A DNA stretch of 58,027 nt, filler included, from Sphacelaria rigidula (GCA_964200075.2; 4 parts of 4 records of this genome joined end to end with filler, not necessarily neighbours in it); one strand, 5' to 3'; positions 1 to 13,554 are shown, counted from the whole stretch's first letter. Translations and numbers: made by a program. Notes: a model not told the origin generated them from the sequence alone.

Positions 1-1682
1 TACACAGAAAATAGTATGGGCGAACCCCCCCCCCCCTCAGAAGGTCGACAATAAAAAAATGGGAGTGTGGGTCCAGGACTATTTTTTTGTGCCCTCCTGT
101 TAGATAATGAAACTTTGCACAAATGTGCTACGGGTCATCACGCAACTTTCGATGAAGTTTTTTTATTTTGCTTCTCTACTCTTGACCACTCTTCGGGGGT
201 TCGATGAGATCCAAGCCACCCCCCAAACCCTGGGACCCTCGAAAAACAGTGAAAATAACCGTAACCTTCGAAAGTTGCAGGATGACCCATAACAAATTGT
301 GCAAAAGTTCAGGATCTGAGGCCGTTTCTTCCGGTTCGTTTTTCCCCCTCGTATTTTGCAAATAACGAGGGAAAAGTACAAGACGGCTACTTACGGTTCG
401 TTTTCTCAAAAGATTCTCGGGAAAAAAATACAAGAGCAGGGAAATTTCACGAGATGGGCCCTCCTGGCTTGTATTTTTTCGAAAAAGTCCGGGACGAGAT
501 CGACGTGTATTTTTCTCTCGTCTTTTTCATTCGCGGCGCGGCGAGACTAGCAACGCCCGCCAGCCCTGTAAATGTTGGTGCCCTTCGACATCTGCGGGGC
601 TTTCCTCACAGCGATGTCGAACATCCCCAGCGCCGTTTACACACTAGACAAATCTTTGCTTCGCCACCCCGGCGCACGCGAGATGTCGTCAGGAGTTGAT
701 GATTCATTGGCATCGACCGCGCTCTCGAAAACCTGCAGCACAGACAGTACCCAGCGCAAAGATTAAAGGATACTGTCTGTGCTGTCTCATGCAGTGAGTT
801 GTAGGTGTCAGTTTGCACACAGCAGTAGTACGTACGGCTGTAGTAAAAATGATGCGTACAACGTGAGATATGTGGACAACGTGCGATACAGACAACAACA
901 GGCAGTACTGTACTATTTGCACTGCCGCATTGAACAGTACGATCCACATGCCATGCTGCACCCAACGACTGCCGAAAATGATAAGGATTTGGACGACGTG
1001 CAGTGCAGACAGGACATGGCTTGTACTGCTGCATTCAACAGTACAGTAGGATGGAAATGTTAGCTTGCCAGTAATACAACGTCTGCAATGAATATGACGT
1101 GGGCAACGTGCAGTACAGACAGAACTAAGCAGTACAATACTGCCTGTTCTGCCTGCCGCATGCGGCAGTATACATGCGCATATGTCAAGTTGCAGACGGT
1201 AATATTCAACGGCTGCACTGAAATTGATGTGGAGGAGTGCAGTACAGACAGTACTAGACAGTACAGTACTACTGTCTGTACTGCCGCATACGGGGTACAG
1301 CAGTATAGATTGAAGATGTCAGTTTGCACACAGTGCGAGCTGGGCCAGCAGCGATCGGGGGAGTGCTATGTTTCACGTCTTCTTACACGAATACAGGAAG
1401 CTTGGCATGGCGAAGTTTCTAGGTCTTCGTACCTCGCCTTGGCGGCCTTGGCGGGCACACCCCGTTGAATTCCGCTGACGGTACTTTTGGTACCTCCCCA
1501 CTCTTTTGGTACCCCACCCCCTCAAAAATATATCTGGAACCGTAAGCTAGGGTCAGCATCTCTCATAGTATTTTCCCAGCGGTATTTTTTCCTCATAATT
1601 TGTTGAAAAATACGAGAGGAAAAGACGAACCGGAGGAAACGGCCTGAGGTAACTTCTTCTGTGTCAGAAAAAAAATGCTCTC

Positions 1683-2067
1683 GTTGAAAAGTGCCTTTTT
1701 TGCCCTTCTCCGTCGTTTTTCGCCCGAAAAGAGGGCTCGGCGGATGCCGCTACCCTGGAATAATTAGCTCTACCCGTTGAGACCGTTCCAGAGCACCTTT
1801 ACGTTTTCCGTCGGCCAAAGTTTGCTTTTGGTCCAAATTGCATTCTCAATAACAAACGGTCAAGTCATGACTGTTTTTTGATAAGTTGGCCGTTTGTTAT
1901 TGCAAATGCAACTTGGGCCAATAGCAAAACTTCGACCAGCGGAAAACGCAAAGGGATCCTGGAACGATCTCAACGAGTAGAGCAACTCGTTCCAAGGTGT
2001 CAACATCCACCCAGCCCTCTTTTCAGGCGAAAAACGACGCAAAAAAGCCAAACAGGCACTTTTCAAC
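1683..2067. repeat. Imperfect ~180-bp-arm inverted repeat (foldback)
   Basis: gttgaaaagtgcc...aataacaaacggtcaa versus ttggccgtttgttatt...ggcacttttcaac. Confidence 0.85.
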
Positions 2068-3003
2068 CAGAACACTTTTTTTATACATGAGAAGTGGCTC
2101 AACTCCTGGAAACAGCGTGAAGTTTTGCGGATGAGTGCAGGTTGATAAGCGTGAACCAGACTGTCGTTCACATTGCTTAGGCCGCATGCCTCTGCCGAGC
2201 ATGAAGAGATGGATAGCGAATTCCGCATGTGCTCTTGTGCAAGTTGCTTAGCGCATCCTCCACGCCTCTGCAGAGATGAAATAAAAACGCTGACAACACC
2301 GGGGCTGTCCTACAGGGGTAGTTACAATCTGTAGTGCAGGTTGTACTGTCGACATTCGCCCGTACGCGAGGTTTCCTGCCGGAGGAGATCACACCTAACT
2401 GGTGCCTTCAGTCTACCGAGCTTTCCGGTCTACAAAGCTAGATATGTGCGTATGACACCGCGATCATGGACAACATCTTCAGTATGTCGACGAAGTGATC
2501 GAAATGCTTTAGGGCATCTGTTTAACTTCAAATCAACATGGAACGATGTAAATTCAGCTCTCCCAACACATCTCGACCCGTAGCCTTGGCCCGAATCAGC
2601 GAAACCGAAAGCAGGATAATTAAAACACCCAAGACTCGAGAAGCAGGTGGCGTGTTGGCCGGTTTGTGCTGTATACTTGTATGTGTGCTCCGCGAGGGTA
2701 TTCTACATGCATATAGCACGCGTGGTTTGCACCTACTGTATTATAGTGTAGTTTAGCGCTGGTACCCTGAATAGGCACCTTACATCCAACTCCGAAGCGT
2801 TCATCGCCCAAGGGCATCGTGATGCCCAATCTTCAGGTTTCATAGAAATCAAGATGCTTACTTTACTGCTAACCTGACATCGAACACCCCCACCGATCTA
2901 CGCAAATTGCCGTCGTTGCTCACTGCTGATTGCAGCACCCTGCGCTGCGTCCCTCCCCACCTGCTACCGGCCCCATGCCCCCGTCCACCGCCTACCATTT
3001 CAG

Positions 3004-4099
3004 CTATTTCGCGCGTGGAGAACCTGGAGCGGCTGTCCTGCCTCACTAAGCTAAACTTATCAGCTAACAGGCTCGGGCAAGCGCCGGAGTCCTTGTTTGG
3101 ACTGTCGCGACTGACTTGCCTGCGAGAACTCGATCTGTCAGACAACGGCATGTGAGTTTGTTTTCAAGTGCTTGTCGAAGCCAATACTGCCGCAGCACCG
3201 CTTGAATGATCGTGTTTCGTGTGCATAATTGAAGGCGAATTGTATTCGTCGGATAGTTGAAAGGAAGCAGACAGGACGGCAGTGAACATCTTCAGTGAGC
3301 TAGTGGGAAAGAGTCGTACATGTCGTTCATGTTGACTGACAGCAGGCTGGGGCGACGATCGAGCGTATGTGGCACACACACACACAGGCCGTTAGGCAGT
3401 ACATCGAAAGTCTGATCATGCACTGAAAAGCACGTTCCCGTGCATAACCTTTCTCGATTTCTGCTCTTGCATACCCGTGTGTGCCGCTACCACACATCTC
3501 GTTGCTGTTCCAGCACAATGTTGGAGCCGCTGTCGGTAGCCTCCGGGTCGCTGGAAAAGCTCAACCTCGCCAACAACATCATTCAGCGCGACCAGGTATT
3601 CACAAGCCCGCGCTGTAAACGCACCCCCCTCAAGAGACGCTTTCTTGCCTGAGTGCAACGGAGGAATCTACACCGAGCTTTCATTTGTTTCGCACCCTTC
3701 CGTGGTACAGACGTTTTTGTGGTAGTGTAGTGTCGAGGTCCACGATGGTGTCTTCTGAGTTTGCGCGTCGGCAGAAGGACACGGCAGAAGTATTTGCGCT
3801 CCAACACGGGCATGTGCGTGATCGGTGCCACTCTTAATCATCCATTCATTAACCCGCTTCGTGAACAATTTACCGCGCCTAATCGTACCAAGGCAATTCT
3901 CCATGCGTCGCAGGCTTGAAATTGAATTTCGTCACCTCCTGCCTTTGTCGGGAAATCTCTCCTCGTCTCAGGTGGTGTTTTTATCGTCGCTGACGGCCCT
4001 CACGGAGCTGGTGCTTGCAGGTAACCCCATCTCGAGGGAGGACGGATACCGTCGGCGCGTGTTCGAGCTTTGTCCATCGTTGGAAGCGCTGGATCACAC
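3004..4099 (+). CDS. Three LRR-encoding exons (3004-3151, 3514-3595, 3972-4099) of the LRR/coiled-coil gene
   Basis: LxxLxLxxNxL/I repeats followed by an LRRcap. Splice junctions AT|C, CAG|GTG and AC|C keep the frame. Confidence 0.88.
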
Positions 4100-7000
4100 G
4101 TGAGGATGTTGGACGGAATTAAGGACGTCGGCCCGTCACACGACGACGACGACCTTGTCACGTTTTTCTTCAAGGGGTGCCATAGGGAGGGAAGTTTTGC
4201 AGTTGCCACAGTTTACACTGCAGTGGAAGATTGTACCACGTGTACAAGGTAGTAGATCGCGGCCTATGCACTTGTAGGGTAACCTGTAGAACGCCTTCAG
4301 ATGTACTTATTTTGCGTTGTTCTCTTGCCCCGTATTTGTTCGTCTCACCGCAGTTCCTTTCTGCCCATTGTCGCTGGTTTGCACCTTGTGCACGCAGCCC
4401 GGGAGCACAAGACAAGACGCCGTTCAATGCAAGCCACGATCCACAAACATCAGACGCCGCTGAGGCCGGAATATCAACGGAGCGAATACCGGAAAGTCCG
4501 CCTCCGAAGGGAATCGAGTATTTGTCGTCGGACTCCAGCGACGAAGCTGAGCAGCCTTTGGATCATCTCCACTCTGACCGCGGCGAACTCATTCTTGAAA
4601 GTGAACAGCTGTCCATCATCGGCGTGAGATATCAAGATGGAGGGGGCCAGGGAAAATCCAACGAATCAGGAAATGTGGCGGTCTCCTCTGCTCGCTCAGA
4701 GGAGTCGGCGATGAGCGCTGCGTTGATGGCGGGCGGCGAAAAAGTTGACGTCGAAACCCCCCTCTCGAGGGTGGTTGCCTTTTCTTCAGTCCATGTAGGT
4801 GCAGAACAGCAGTTTTTTTCGGCACGGTCGCCTCAGGAGCATGCCAACCAAGAGGCCGCACAGCTATTTCCAGCATCAGCCAGCGAAGTAGGAAAAAACC
4901 GAGCACTGGACTCAGCACCCGTGGCCAAGGTAGGTGGAGTAGTTGCTTCACCGCAGCGGTGCCAAACCCCACCCGCCCGAGATTTATCCGCGGGTATCGT
5001 GAAGACAGATGGCGAGGCGCGTTTCGACTCAACGGCGATTGAAGTCAGTCTAGGACAGGGACGTGTTGCTGCGATCACGAAGCCGATGAGGCAGGTGGCC
5101 GCGGTGATGTCATCAGCGATGCTTCACGAGAATTTGAACTGTGATGGCAGCGGGAGTGTTGACTGTAAGCCAGCGTCCGGGGAAAAGACATTTCCACATG
5201 GCCAGGAAGCGGGTCGGCCAGGCGCGCTAGCAGATTGGACCCCACTTACTGGTGCGGGTACATTGATGCCGGCGGGAGATGAAGATCCATTCCGAGGTAT
5301 TGGATCTTCTCCTGCTCCCATCCCCACCGTCACTGCCACCGGGGTGCAGGTTCGGAAAACCGCAGGGAACGTTGTGAAAGTAGCTTCGGGAATGGTGCAA
5401 AATGTATCGCAGCAACTAGAATACCCAGTATCATCAATTGGATCGCACACCATGACCGTGTCAGAACAATCGACCACTGACCGCAGGGCGGCGGCAACAA
5501 CCCCGAATCAAAGTGTCTTGGCCCGTATGACCCTTAGCGGCAGCTCCAGTAGCGATCGACTCGAGGAGACGATGGGAATACCCTCAGAGTCGTTTAGGCA
5601 CACGCCGACGGCCGATACACAATTGCGAGAGGATACTATCCATCAGTCGTGTGTGAAGTCAAGTGATGCCCTTCGATATTCGTTCGAAGCCCATTTATCA
5701 CCGGTGCATTCACGTGTGGCGACTCCATCCCAACTTGTGGTCAACCGGGGCAGAGACACTGCGTTTGTGCTAGACCGACGAAGTCATGCCACTCCTGTCG
5801 TTGGTGAGCACCCTCGAGATGATGGGGAGCAAGGTGTCGCGGCTGAGGGTGGGCCTTACCTGGTGAGCGATCGTGACAATGGCGACGCCCGCCGCACGAC
5901 TGAACTAGGAATTGATGATCTGACTGCGGCAGGAAGGATATCCGAGACACGCCGTAGAGTCGATGGCACGGCGGCGCCTGAAGAACACGTTGTCGAGGAT
6001 CAATTCGCTGCAGGCGTTTTCGGAACCGCTGGCCCGGGCTACCCGTACGGCGCTAGTCGAAACCCATCCGGTCATATTCTTCGTCAGCCGCCGCCGCCGC
6101 CGCCGCTCCCGCCGCTGCCGCTGCGGAAACCGCAGCAGCAGCAGCAACAACACCACAACAGCCATCACCATGACCAACAACGGCATAGCGTATCCGTGGG
6201 GACCAGGTCTGACATCAACGAAACACCGGAGAAGGAAGGAGTTCGACAAGCGCGGCAGTCGCTTCCATGCGAATGGGGAGCAGCTCAGGCGCCCTCATCG
6301 ACTGCCGTACAGGCGCGGCATGCCAGAGAGGTACGTACTGGAGGTGTCGTTGTTGAGACGGAATTAGCTAGAGTAGGACGCGCCCTTGGTGACGGTGTTC
6401 TGGGTGGTGGTGGGGTTCCGCGACTGCCTGTGGCTGACGAGTGGGAAAAGGACGCCTTCAAGCGCGAAAACGAGGCACTTCGACGGCAGGCAGATCTGGC
6501 GGAGAAAAGGTGTGTAGATTGTCACCCTCGCGATTTTTTGGTTTGTACTCGTGTGAGGGGAAGATGCGGTTGAACGCGTTCACGGCGAAAAATTACCCGT
6601 GAGTGTGGTATACGCCGCCATTGCTCACTTGCTGTAATCGGCAATTTCGTGTGAAGGAGATGGTACCAAAAGTTGACGTCCGCCATGTGCTTTCCAAACG
6701 TTTTTCGCGGCAGGTGCTCTGCCTTGGTTGAGATGCAACATCTTGCCGATAAAGCTTTGGCCAAGGAGCATGCTGCTCGCTGTCCATCTGCTGGGGCGAG
6801 ATGTACAGCGGGAAACGTCAGCTCTGGAGAACCCCCGGTTTTAGGCGAAAACGACGTTGGAAGCCAGGAGGATGGCGAATACACGGAGACTAGAGAACGC
6901 GATGTATTTGCAGATTTGTTGGGTTTGTGGCGATCTGAAGTCCTCAAGTTGTTGCTGCAGAGAAGACACAGCGAAGAGGTGGCCGCGGAGGAATGTCGGA

Positions 7001-10000
7001 AGGCGGCAAGACGTCTGCAGGAAGAGAGGGAAGCGCGAGCCCGAGCGGACGCAAATTCTGAGGTGTGTATTTACACGTGAGCGTTTCAGAATGTGCATGC
7101 GTAAGGGCATTTTGACGGACATTTGTCTGCTTTGGTATTTCGGAAAGGCACGTGTGAAGGGATCGCGATGACCTGCGAGTTGAACTACGGCTCGAGTGCA
7201 AGGTGCTCGGCGGAGACTTGATGTGTACGCTGTGTGCAGCTTGTCCTCTCGTGGCATACCATGGCTTGGTCCCCTTTTTATTCTAGACTTTTGTTGAAGT
7301 TATCGCGATTGTACCCGGGCTTCTTTCGATTGCTGATGAGTTGTGTGCTCAGGAATCGTTCATTTGCCCATGAAGGGTGATCCAGCCGGAAGGGGCGGGG
7401 GGCGTGTTTCGAACCGCTGCTTCCATGAATCACCCGCTCTGTTGCACCGCTACGGTCATCAAAATAAGCTCGAGTGCGCTTAGCATTAAACTTTTTACAC
7501 GCATGTGGTACCTCCTGACAATGTTTTCAACGACGAATATGCACATGGAGTGTGTCTGAGGTTGTTTCACAGGCCCCTGGCCACCGTAGGATCACTCTGA
7601 GCACAGGACCCATGAAGGGGAGATCCGACAGAACTCCACGCCGTCTCTCTCCGTTACCTCCTCGAACGCATTTCTCCAGGCGCTTACGCAAAGAGCATTG
7701 GCTGCTGAAGCCGAGGCTGATCTGTTGAGAATCAAACTGGAGCGGGCGTTACAAGACGCCCGCGAGAACAAAGAAGGGTAAGATCTACGGGGTACTGGGC
7801 ATGCGAGGATAGCGTAGTAGAGTGACAGGTAGAGTACCGTGTTTCTTTTCATGGCTTTGAAATATGCAGGTTCCACGAATGTCATTTCAGCCCTTACCCA
7901 TGTATTTGGGACGACACGCGTTTATTGACCATGGCGATTTTCCCCCCTGACATGAATTCACGGACGTCCGGTTTGCCCCTCGTGCACTGCACTAGCAATA
8001 ATCTGCGTTCATTTAGTGTGTCGATATTCGCACGTTCTCGTAATCTTGTAGGGGCGCGAGATCAACGACTTCCTTTTGCATCCGTCGCTCAGGACGAAGA
8101 AATCGGAGATGTGAGTAACAAAAAAACACAGCGGCGAGGTTTTGACGAGCACAACCGTTTTGAGCAACCCTTATGAAGCGCTGTTTTTTTTTCTTCTTGT
8201 CTCTCTTGAACTTCAGGAGGCGCGCCGCTGAGGCTTCATGCTCAGGACACGCCATGGCCGTGGCGCAGCTGAACGGATGGGTGCGAGATTTCGTGGGGAG
8301 AGCAAGCGAAGGTCTCTACGAGAGGGAAGCTCTTCTTGCCAGGTGTGAGATGACTATGAAACCGCCATCCACTATCCACGTCAAGGACCGAAGCCCACAG
8401 CACCGGCGGTCAGCTGCACGCCGGAATTTCATTGAGCACGTGATGTTTTGAAGTGCGGCGCCCGCAGGGCGTCGTTCACTCCTCGTTTGCAGCATTTTAG
8501 ATTCTGCGCACTCACCATATGGTGCGGGTGGCATTTCATCTTTTTTACAGGCGTCCTGAGACCTCAGGGATGCTGGATATTCATCTGCAGTTTTATTTTA
8601 TTTTTTCTGTTGAGAGAGCCTTCTTCGTGAGTACGTTGTGCGGAGTTGGGTTGGTCGCCGCGACTCATTTTGAGGTCGCTCGTCCTTTGGTTCGCCGTCG
8701 TCTGACAACCGCAGCCGGAACAAATACCCGTTCCTGTCTGACGACGTGCCGGTAGTTGGATGTCAATATGCCTTGCACTTGTACATCGTTTTCCGAAAAA
8801 AAGACCCCTCTCGAAAGATTTTCGAGCTATGATCATGCGGCTGGTCGCCATGTTCATTTTTCCCCTCATGAGTGTAATGGGTCATCATTCTGAACTCTGA
8901 TGGAGGCCTCACATGTCTTCTGCTTTCCCTTTTGGAACCTATGACCGTGTTATAGAGGAGTCGCGAAGCTGGAGGCGTTTTCACAGCGTGTGGGACTGGC
9001 GGCTGGCAGGCTGGAGGTTGTTCAGACCTTGCTGCAACGCAAGGAGGTGTGCAGGTTTTGCGTGCCATTTTTGTGTCCGTTTCATGCATTGCAGTTAGCA
9101 TCATTTGACGTCGGTTACAGGTTAGGTATGCATGTTGGGGTGTGTCTGTCTTCAGGCCTGTTTTGTTTCGTGAGTACAGAATGTCAGGACATGGTTCTGA
9201 TTCGACGTGATTCGTTTTCTGCCTTTGATGTTATTCCTGATTTGAAGTTATTCGTGTGTGGTCTTTGTTGACCTCTCCAAGCTTTATCCCGACCATCTTT
9301 TCTTTTTATCAAAATTCTGTGGAACAGCCTTTGGGCCCTGGAAGAGATGGACCAGGAAGTCGAATGAAATGATGACACTAGGAAGTGCATCCACCTTCGT
9401 CTCCTTCCGTTGCACCTGAAGTACCTCAAACGTCGCACGCGTCATTTTCGACTGACGTAGCGTGTTGCCTTTCACATCTCGACGCTTCTGAACGGGGATC
9501 GGTCGGCCAGGTACAACTCCGAAACAGCCGAGCAGCGCTAGCGGCTGACCGTCGCGTGTGGCTGCTCGAACGGCGGCAGCAAGAGCTTGCCATCTTGGCC
9601 AAGACAGCCCCACCGCGACCCTCGAGCGATAGTCAGCCACCACCCGAGCAGCCGCTCTCGAGGCAAGAACTGCATCCGACTTCTCAGCCCATCATGCTCG
9701 AGGGCTTGAGACCTGAATGCGAGGCTGTGATGCGGGCGCTCTTCTGCCGTGTAGACAGGTCTGGATGTTGTTTTTTTAGCAACCCCCCCTCCCGAAAGAA
9801 GCGGATATGTTCTACATGACCACGCAATAACGGACCACCGGCTTCACGCATCGTGTCCCTGACACACGCAATACCGCCTTTGTTTCGCGCTAACCTTCCC
9901 CACCCTTGGTACGGAACCATCTCCTCCCCCTGCCACATGATTCTCCTCGCCCTTGGGTCCATCCCTCGCGCACACGCGTATGCTTTTGCCTGTGTTTTCC

Positions 10001-12837
10001 CAGGCTTGGTACAGGGGCTGTAAGCGCCCGTCGACTCTTGGATGTCCTCCGTTCCGACTGCGGCGTGACTGAACTAATGGAGGCGGCCGTTGGTGCCTTC
10101 CGTTGGCGTGCCGCCCTTGACACCATGGAATCACGCCTCTGCCCATCAACGGCAAGCAGGTCAAGCGGTGGAGCCGCCGGTGGGTGGTTCGATGCTGATA
10201 CAGCACCACCACTTGCTCCGGCCGCCGCCGATAGCCAGGATGCCGACGCCGACGAGTGCAACATTACGTGGGGAGAGTTCTTGCTTTTCTTCCTGCCCAC
10301 TGCCGGTCCTGCCGACGACGCTTACAACGCTGGCCTCGTGAACCCCGGGAGGCGGGGCGATCATGCAAAATTCGGCGGCGGTGAAAGCTGCGACAGAAAG
10401 ACATCCATGAATTCCTGGACAGCCACGGAAGACTCGATAGCCATGCTACAGATGGTCATTCCGAGGAATTGGACTGCCGTTGACCCGTCGGGGCCTCGCT
10501 CTAATGCTATTGCGACTGCGGCGGCAACGGGTGCGGAGATAGCTAAAGTACGAGGACTCGAGGCGCTTAGTGTGGGGCAGTTACGCAGAGAGGTGCGAAG
10601 GTTGGCGAAGGAGAGGGTATTTTTACTCGGGATTTTGCGAGAAGATTCCAGGCTCGGCGCTCGGCGCGCCGTCGCCGTTCACGACCAGTATCGACACGAG
10701 TTGAGGGAGCTGCAGGCTAGGATAGGGTGAGATTCATTTCGGTCGTTGTACTCGTGTCGGATTTGCTGTGGTCATTGTGGCGAGCAAGCTGTGTCGCACT
10801 GAAGTCCGAGTCGCAACCGTCTCCCGTATTTCATGTTGCGCTGGTCCCTTCCCAACCGCTGATCTGATTGTTTCCAGCTACAAGCTCTATAAAGGCATGT
10901 TGAGGACGACGTGTTGTAGTGTACCCGTGCTCGAACTCCTCGTACCGTGTTGTATTCATTCCGCGTTGACATTTTTGTGCATACTCGCGTACATAGAGAG
11001 GTGGAGCGTTCACTGGAGGAGGCGGCACGACGCGCTGATGAAGAACAGAACAGGGCAGAAGTTGCTGAGGAGAAAATGTCGGGTTTGCGAGAGAGGATGC
11101 AGCAGGCTGAACACGATTGGCGGAGGTGCGCCATTCGACCACTGTGTTCGTGACTTGTTTTTCCCGTGTACGATTGTTTTTTTGCGTCAGCTGTAACTCG
11201 TGTGCTGGGTTGTAAATTTCTTCATCTCATTGCTTGGTGGTATGCGTTGCCATCACCCAAATGTACAGAACAAGAGGTCTTTATTTTTTTATGCCCCTCG
11301 TGCACGACAACATGTTATTTCTCGGTACTTGGGCGGGAAACTACTATCTCGACGCCAAATATATTGTAATTGATGCGATTGGGCTGTAGAGTATGATGAA
11401 AATAAGCGTGCGCGAGGAGAGTCATGATCGAAATTCATTTTGCAAGAGGTTGGTAACGTCGAAGCACCTCCCGGTAGATTGATCATGAGGTCAATATTGT
11501 GCTCCGAATGTTGTCGTGAAGGAATTATTGGCCGCGCCCGCATCGCAATCTCCCCGCCCGGTCGCGCCCCTCCACAACGGCAGGAAGTTGGATGTCGCTG
11601 CACAAGAACAATCTGCGGCTGTAGAGGCCTCTTCGCGGGAGGCTAGTAAGGCTGCGATAGCGGCACGAGAGAGGTTGTCGAGAGTGGAAGCTGAGCACGC
11701 ACTGGCTCTCAGGGAAAACGGGAAGGCCTCCGTGCGGCAACGGGCCCTCGAGAGGGAGTTGGCGAGAGTGAAAGACAGGTGTGTTCCGTGAGGACCCGGA
11801 AAATGCTTCACGATCTCCTCTGCTCTAGCTTCGAAAAACGACTGTATTGTCACTGCCCGCGGGTGGTCATGATACCGTCCCATGTTTTTCTTTTGTTTCT
11901 CGTGGTTGAAAGGCAACACGTCAGCCAAAATAATGTGTTGTGCTGCTGTACGATAATGTTACAAAGAATCCGCCCGTGAAATCTTGGTACCGCCAGCACG
12001 AGGCATGACAAGGCGGCAAGTTGCCACATACGGTGAAGATATCTGTGTTGGAGATGACGCACTGTACGACCTGTAAACGATTCATGTTTAGTGTAGTCAG
12101 GTCAGTACACTCTCACGAAACCTTTTTTCTGATCGTACCGGCGGTTCCACGTTCGCAGTCTAGAAACGGAAGCCCGTCTAGAGAAAGACGCCCTCGAAGA
12201 ACGCCTCCGCGCGGGTGAGTCGAAGCTCGCCATAGCCAGAAGAGAGCGGAACGCTCTCCTTGCCGCCCTTCGAGACATGCAGAGAAGTGGAACCCAAGGC
12301 ATGGGTGGATTGCGTCCCCGGTCCCCGATATCCACCGGAACATCACCGTCCGCAACATCGAGCACGGGTCGCAGATGGGGAGGCGTGTTTCCCGCCGCGG
12401 ATACGCGTGAAACAAGCGTGTCTGATCACAGGATGGAGAAAAACGCGACAGTTTTTGGCGACGAAAATTCGGACGGTGGGATGGAATATCTGAAGGTTCG
12501 TGCTGGTGATCATGGATCTAATTTGGTCTCTGGTGACGCTACTAGTAGTGGTGGGGGTGGTGATGGTAGTGGTACCGACGGCGGAGACAATGGCGCTACC
12601 GACGGCGGCGATGATGGTGCCCGGACGCAGGAATGGGATCCGCGGGACAAGGAGCACGAAGGGGCGGGTGGTATTACTGGTGCTGATGGTGTCGGCGTTG
12701 GTGTTGGCATGGGTGATGGCGCAGCTGAGAAAAGTGCGTCGCTTGCTGCTCGATTGGAGATGCTTGCGGTCCAAACACGGAAGCTGTTGGCTGAGGACAG
12801 CTCGTCGTGTAGCAGCTATGATTCGGAGCCCGAGTAG
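3004..12837 (+). CDS. Multi-exon gene: LRR (SDS22-like, LRRcap) + long disordered linker + CCHCR1/HCR-like coiled coil with EF-hand-like motif; 5' end unresolved
   Basis: Exons read by hand, all AG/GT-bounded with matching phases: 3004-3151, 3514-3595, 3972-4099, 4398-6509, 6714-7062, 7680-7777, 8217-8342, 8956-9046, 9511-9758, 10004-10726, 10997-11125, 11584-11778, 12159-12837 (TAG). LRR motifs LTKLNLSANRL, LRELDLSDNGI, LEKLNLANNII, LTELVLAGNPI; LRRcap YRRRVFELCPSLEALD. Coiled-coil segments LLGLWRSEVLKLLLQ, KLEAFSQRVGLAAGRLEVVQTLLQRK and KLAIARRERNALLAALRDMQR resemble CCHCR1 (recalled from memory, not searched). Confidence 0.85.
4398..6509 (+). CDS. Large internal exon (~704 codons): low-complexity/disordered region with poly-P, poly-Q and His tracts, ending in the start of a coiled coil
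   Basis: Lies within ORF 4231..6573. Acceptor cacgcag|C and donor AAAAG|gtgtgt match the phases of the neighbouring exons. Confidence 0.85.
12159..12837 (+). CDS. Terminal exon of the LRR/coiled-coil gene
   Basis: Acceptor ttcgcag|T. Frame continues into ORF 12277..12837, ending SSYDSEPE-TAG. Confidence 0.8.
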
Positions 12838-13306
12838 GAAATCCTCGGGCTGGCGTTCACCGCAAGAAGAGAGGCCCCGAACGTATTTGTTGCGTGTGTC
12901 CGGGTATTCGCTTCTTGGGTTTAAGGGTATGATGATGCCGTGGATACATATCGCAGGCGCGTCTGGTGTGGGAATAATCGTTGTGAGTGAAGAGTATAGC
13001 TGTGGCAAGGTGTAGATGCGAGTTTGTTCTTGCCATGAAGGCGCCCAGGTTTCGGTAGCTTGCAATAAAATGAATCCTTGTTGTGATAAGAATGGCTATC
13101 GCGCCGTCAAGTCAACCGCGTTTTTGCGTTTGTACGACAGTGTAGGCTGCTGTCACTGGTATGCCCTCTCTTCCATGATGGAGGGCTTAAACCTTTCAGA
13201 CAAGAAGGGGCCTGTACCACACCAGTTGTCTGTGTGCCATGGGCATAATTCCGCATCGTGGTGTTTCGGGAAGCCGTCGTGTAGAATACCAATGATAATT
13301 TAAACC

Positions 13307-13554
13307 CAGTAGATTTTACCACTTGGTGGGTATGGAAATTTATAACCTAGTTTTGGTGTGTACCCCGATATCCGGATCTTTGATGGGGGCTGTGCTCCTG
13401 GCGCGTGCAGAACGCGATCTCGTCCGAATCGATGCTGCAGGCGCCGATTGAGGTCTGGCAATGCACATTTTGCCTAGGGAACGCTTTGCACCCCCCTTGC
13501 TCGAGGATCCTCAATATAAAAAGTGCCATACCTAGTAAGTGGTGAACTAAGCTC
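13307..13554 (-). mobile_element. Third, shorter copy of the same family (no telomere tract)
   Basis: Starts cagtagattttaccacttgg; shares the core gcgccgattgaggtctggcaa. Flanks TTTAAACC/TTTGAATC (6/8 match). Confidence 0.75.

Noticed and set aside
2538-2836. First exons of the LRR gene (MERCKF...REA / GTLHP...MPNLQ)
   Set aside because: Plausible, but the phase-0 donor near 2836 does not match the phase-1 acceptor at 3004; left unresolved.
12343-13065. Long antisense and alternate-frame ORFs over the terminal exon, and similar shadow ORFs over 4398-6509 and 43766-44656
   Set aside because: Shadows of GC-rich coding or repeat sequence with no independent motifs.
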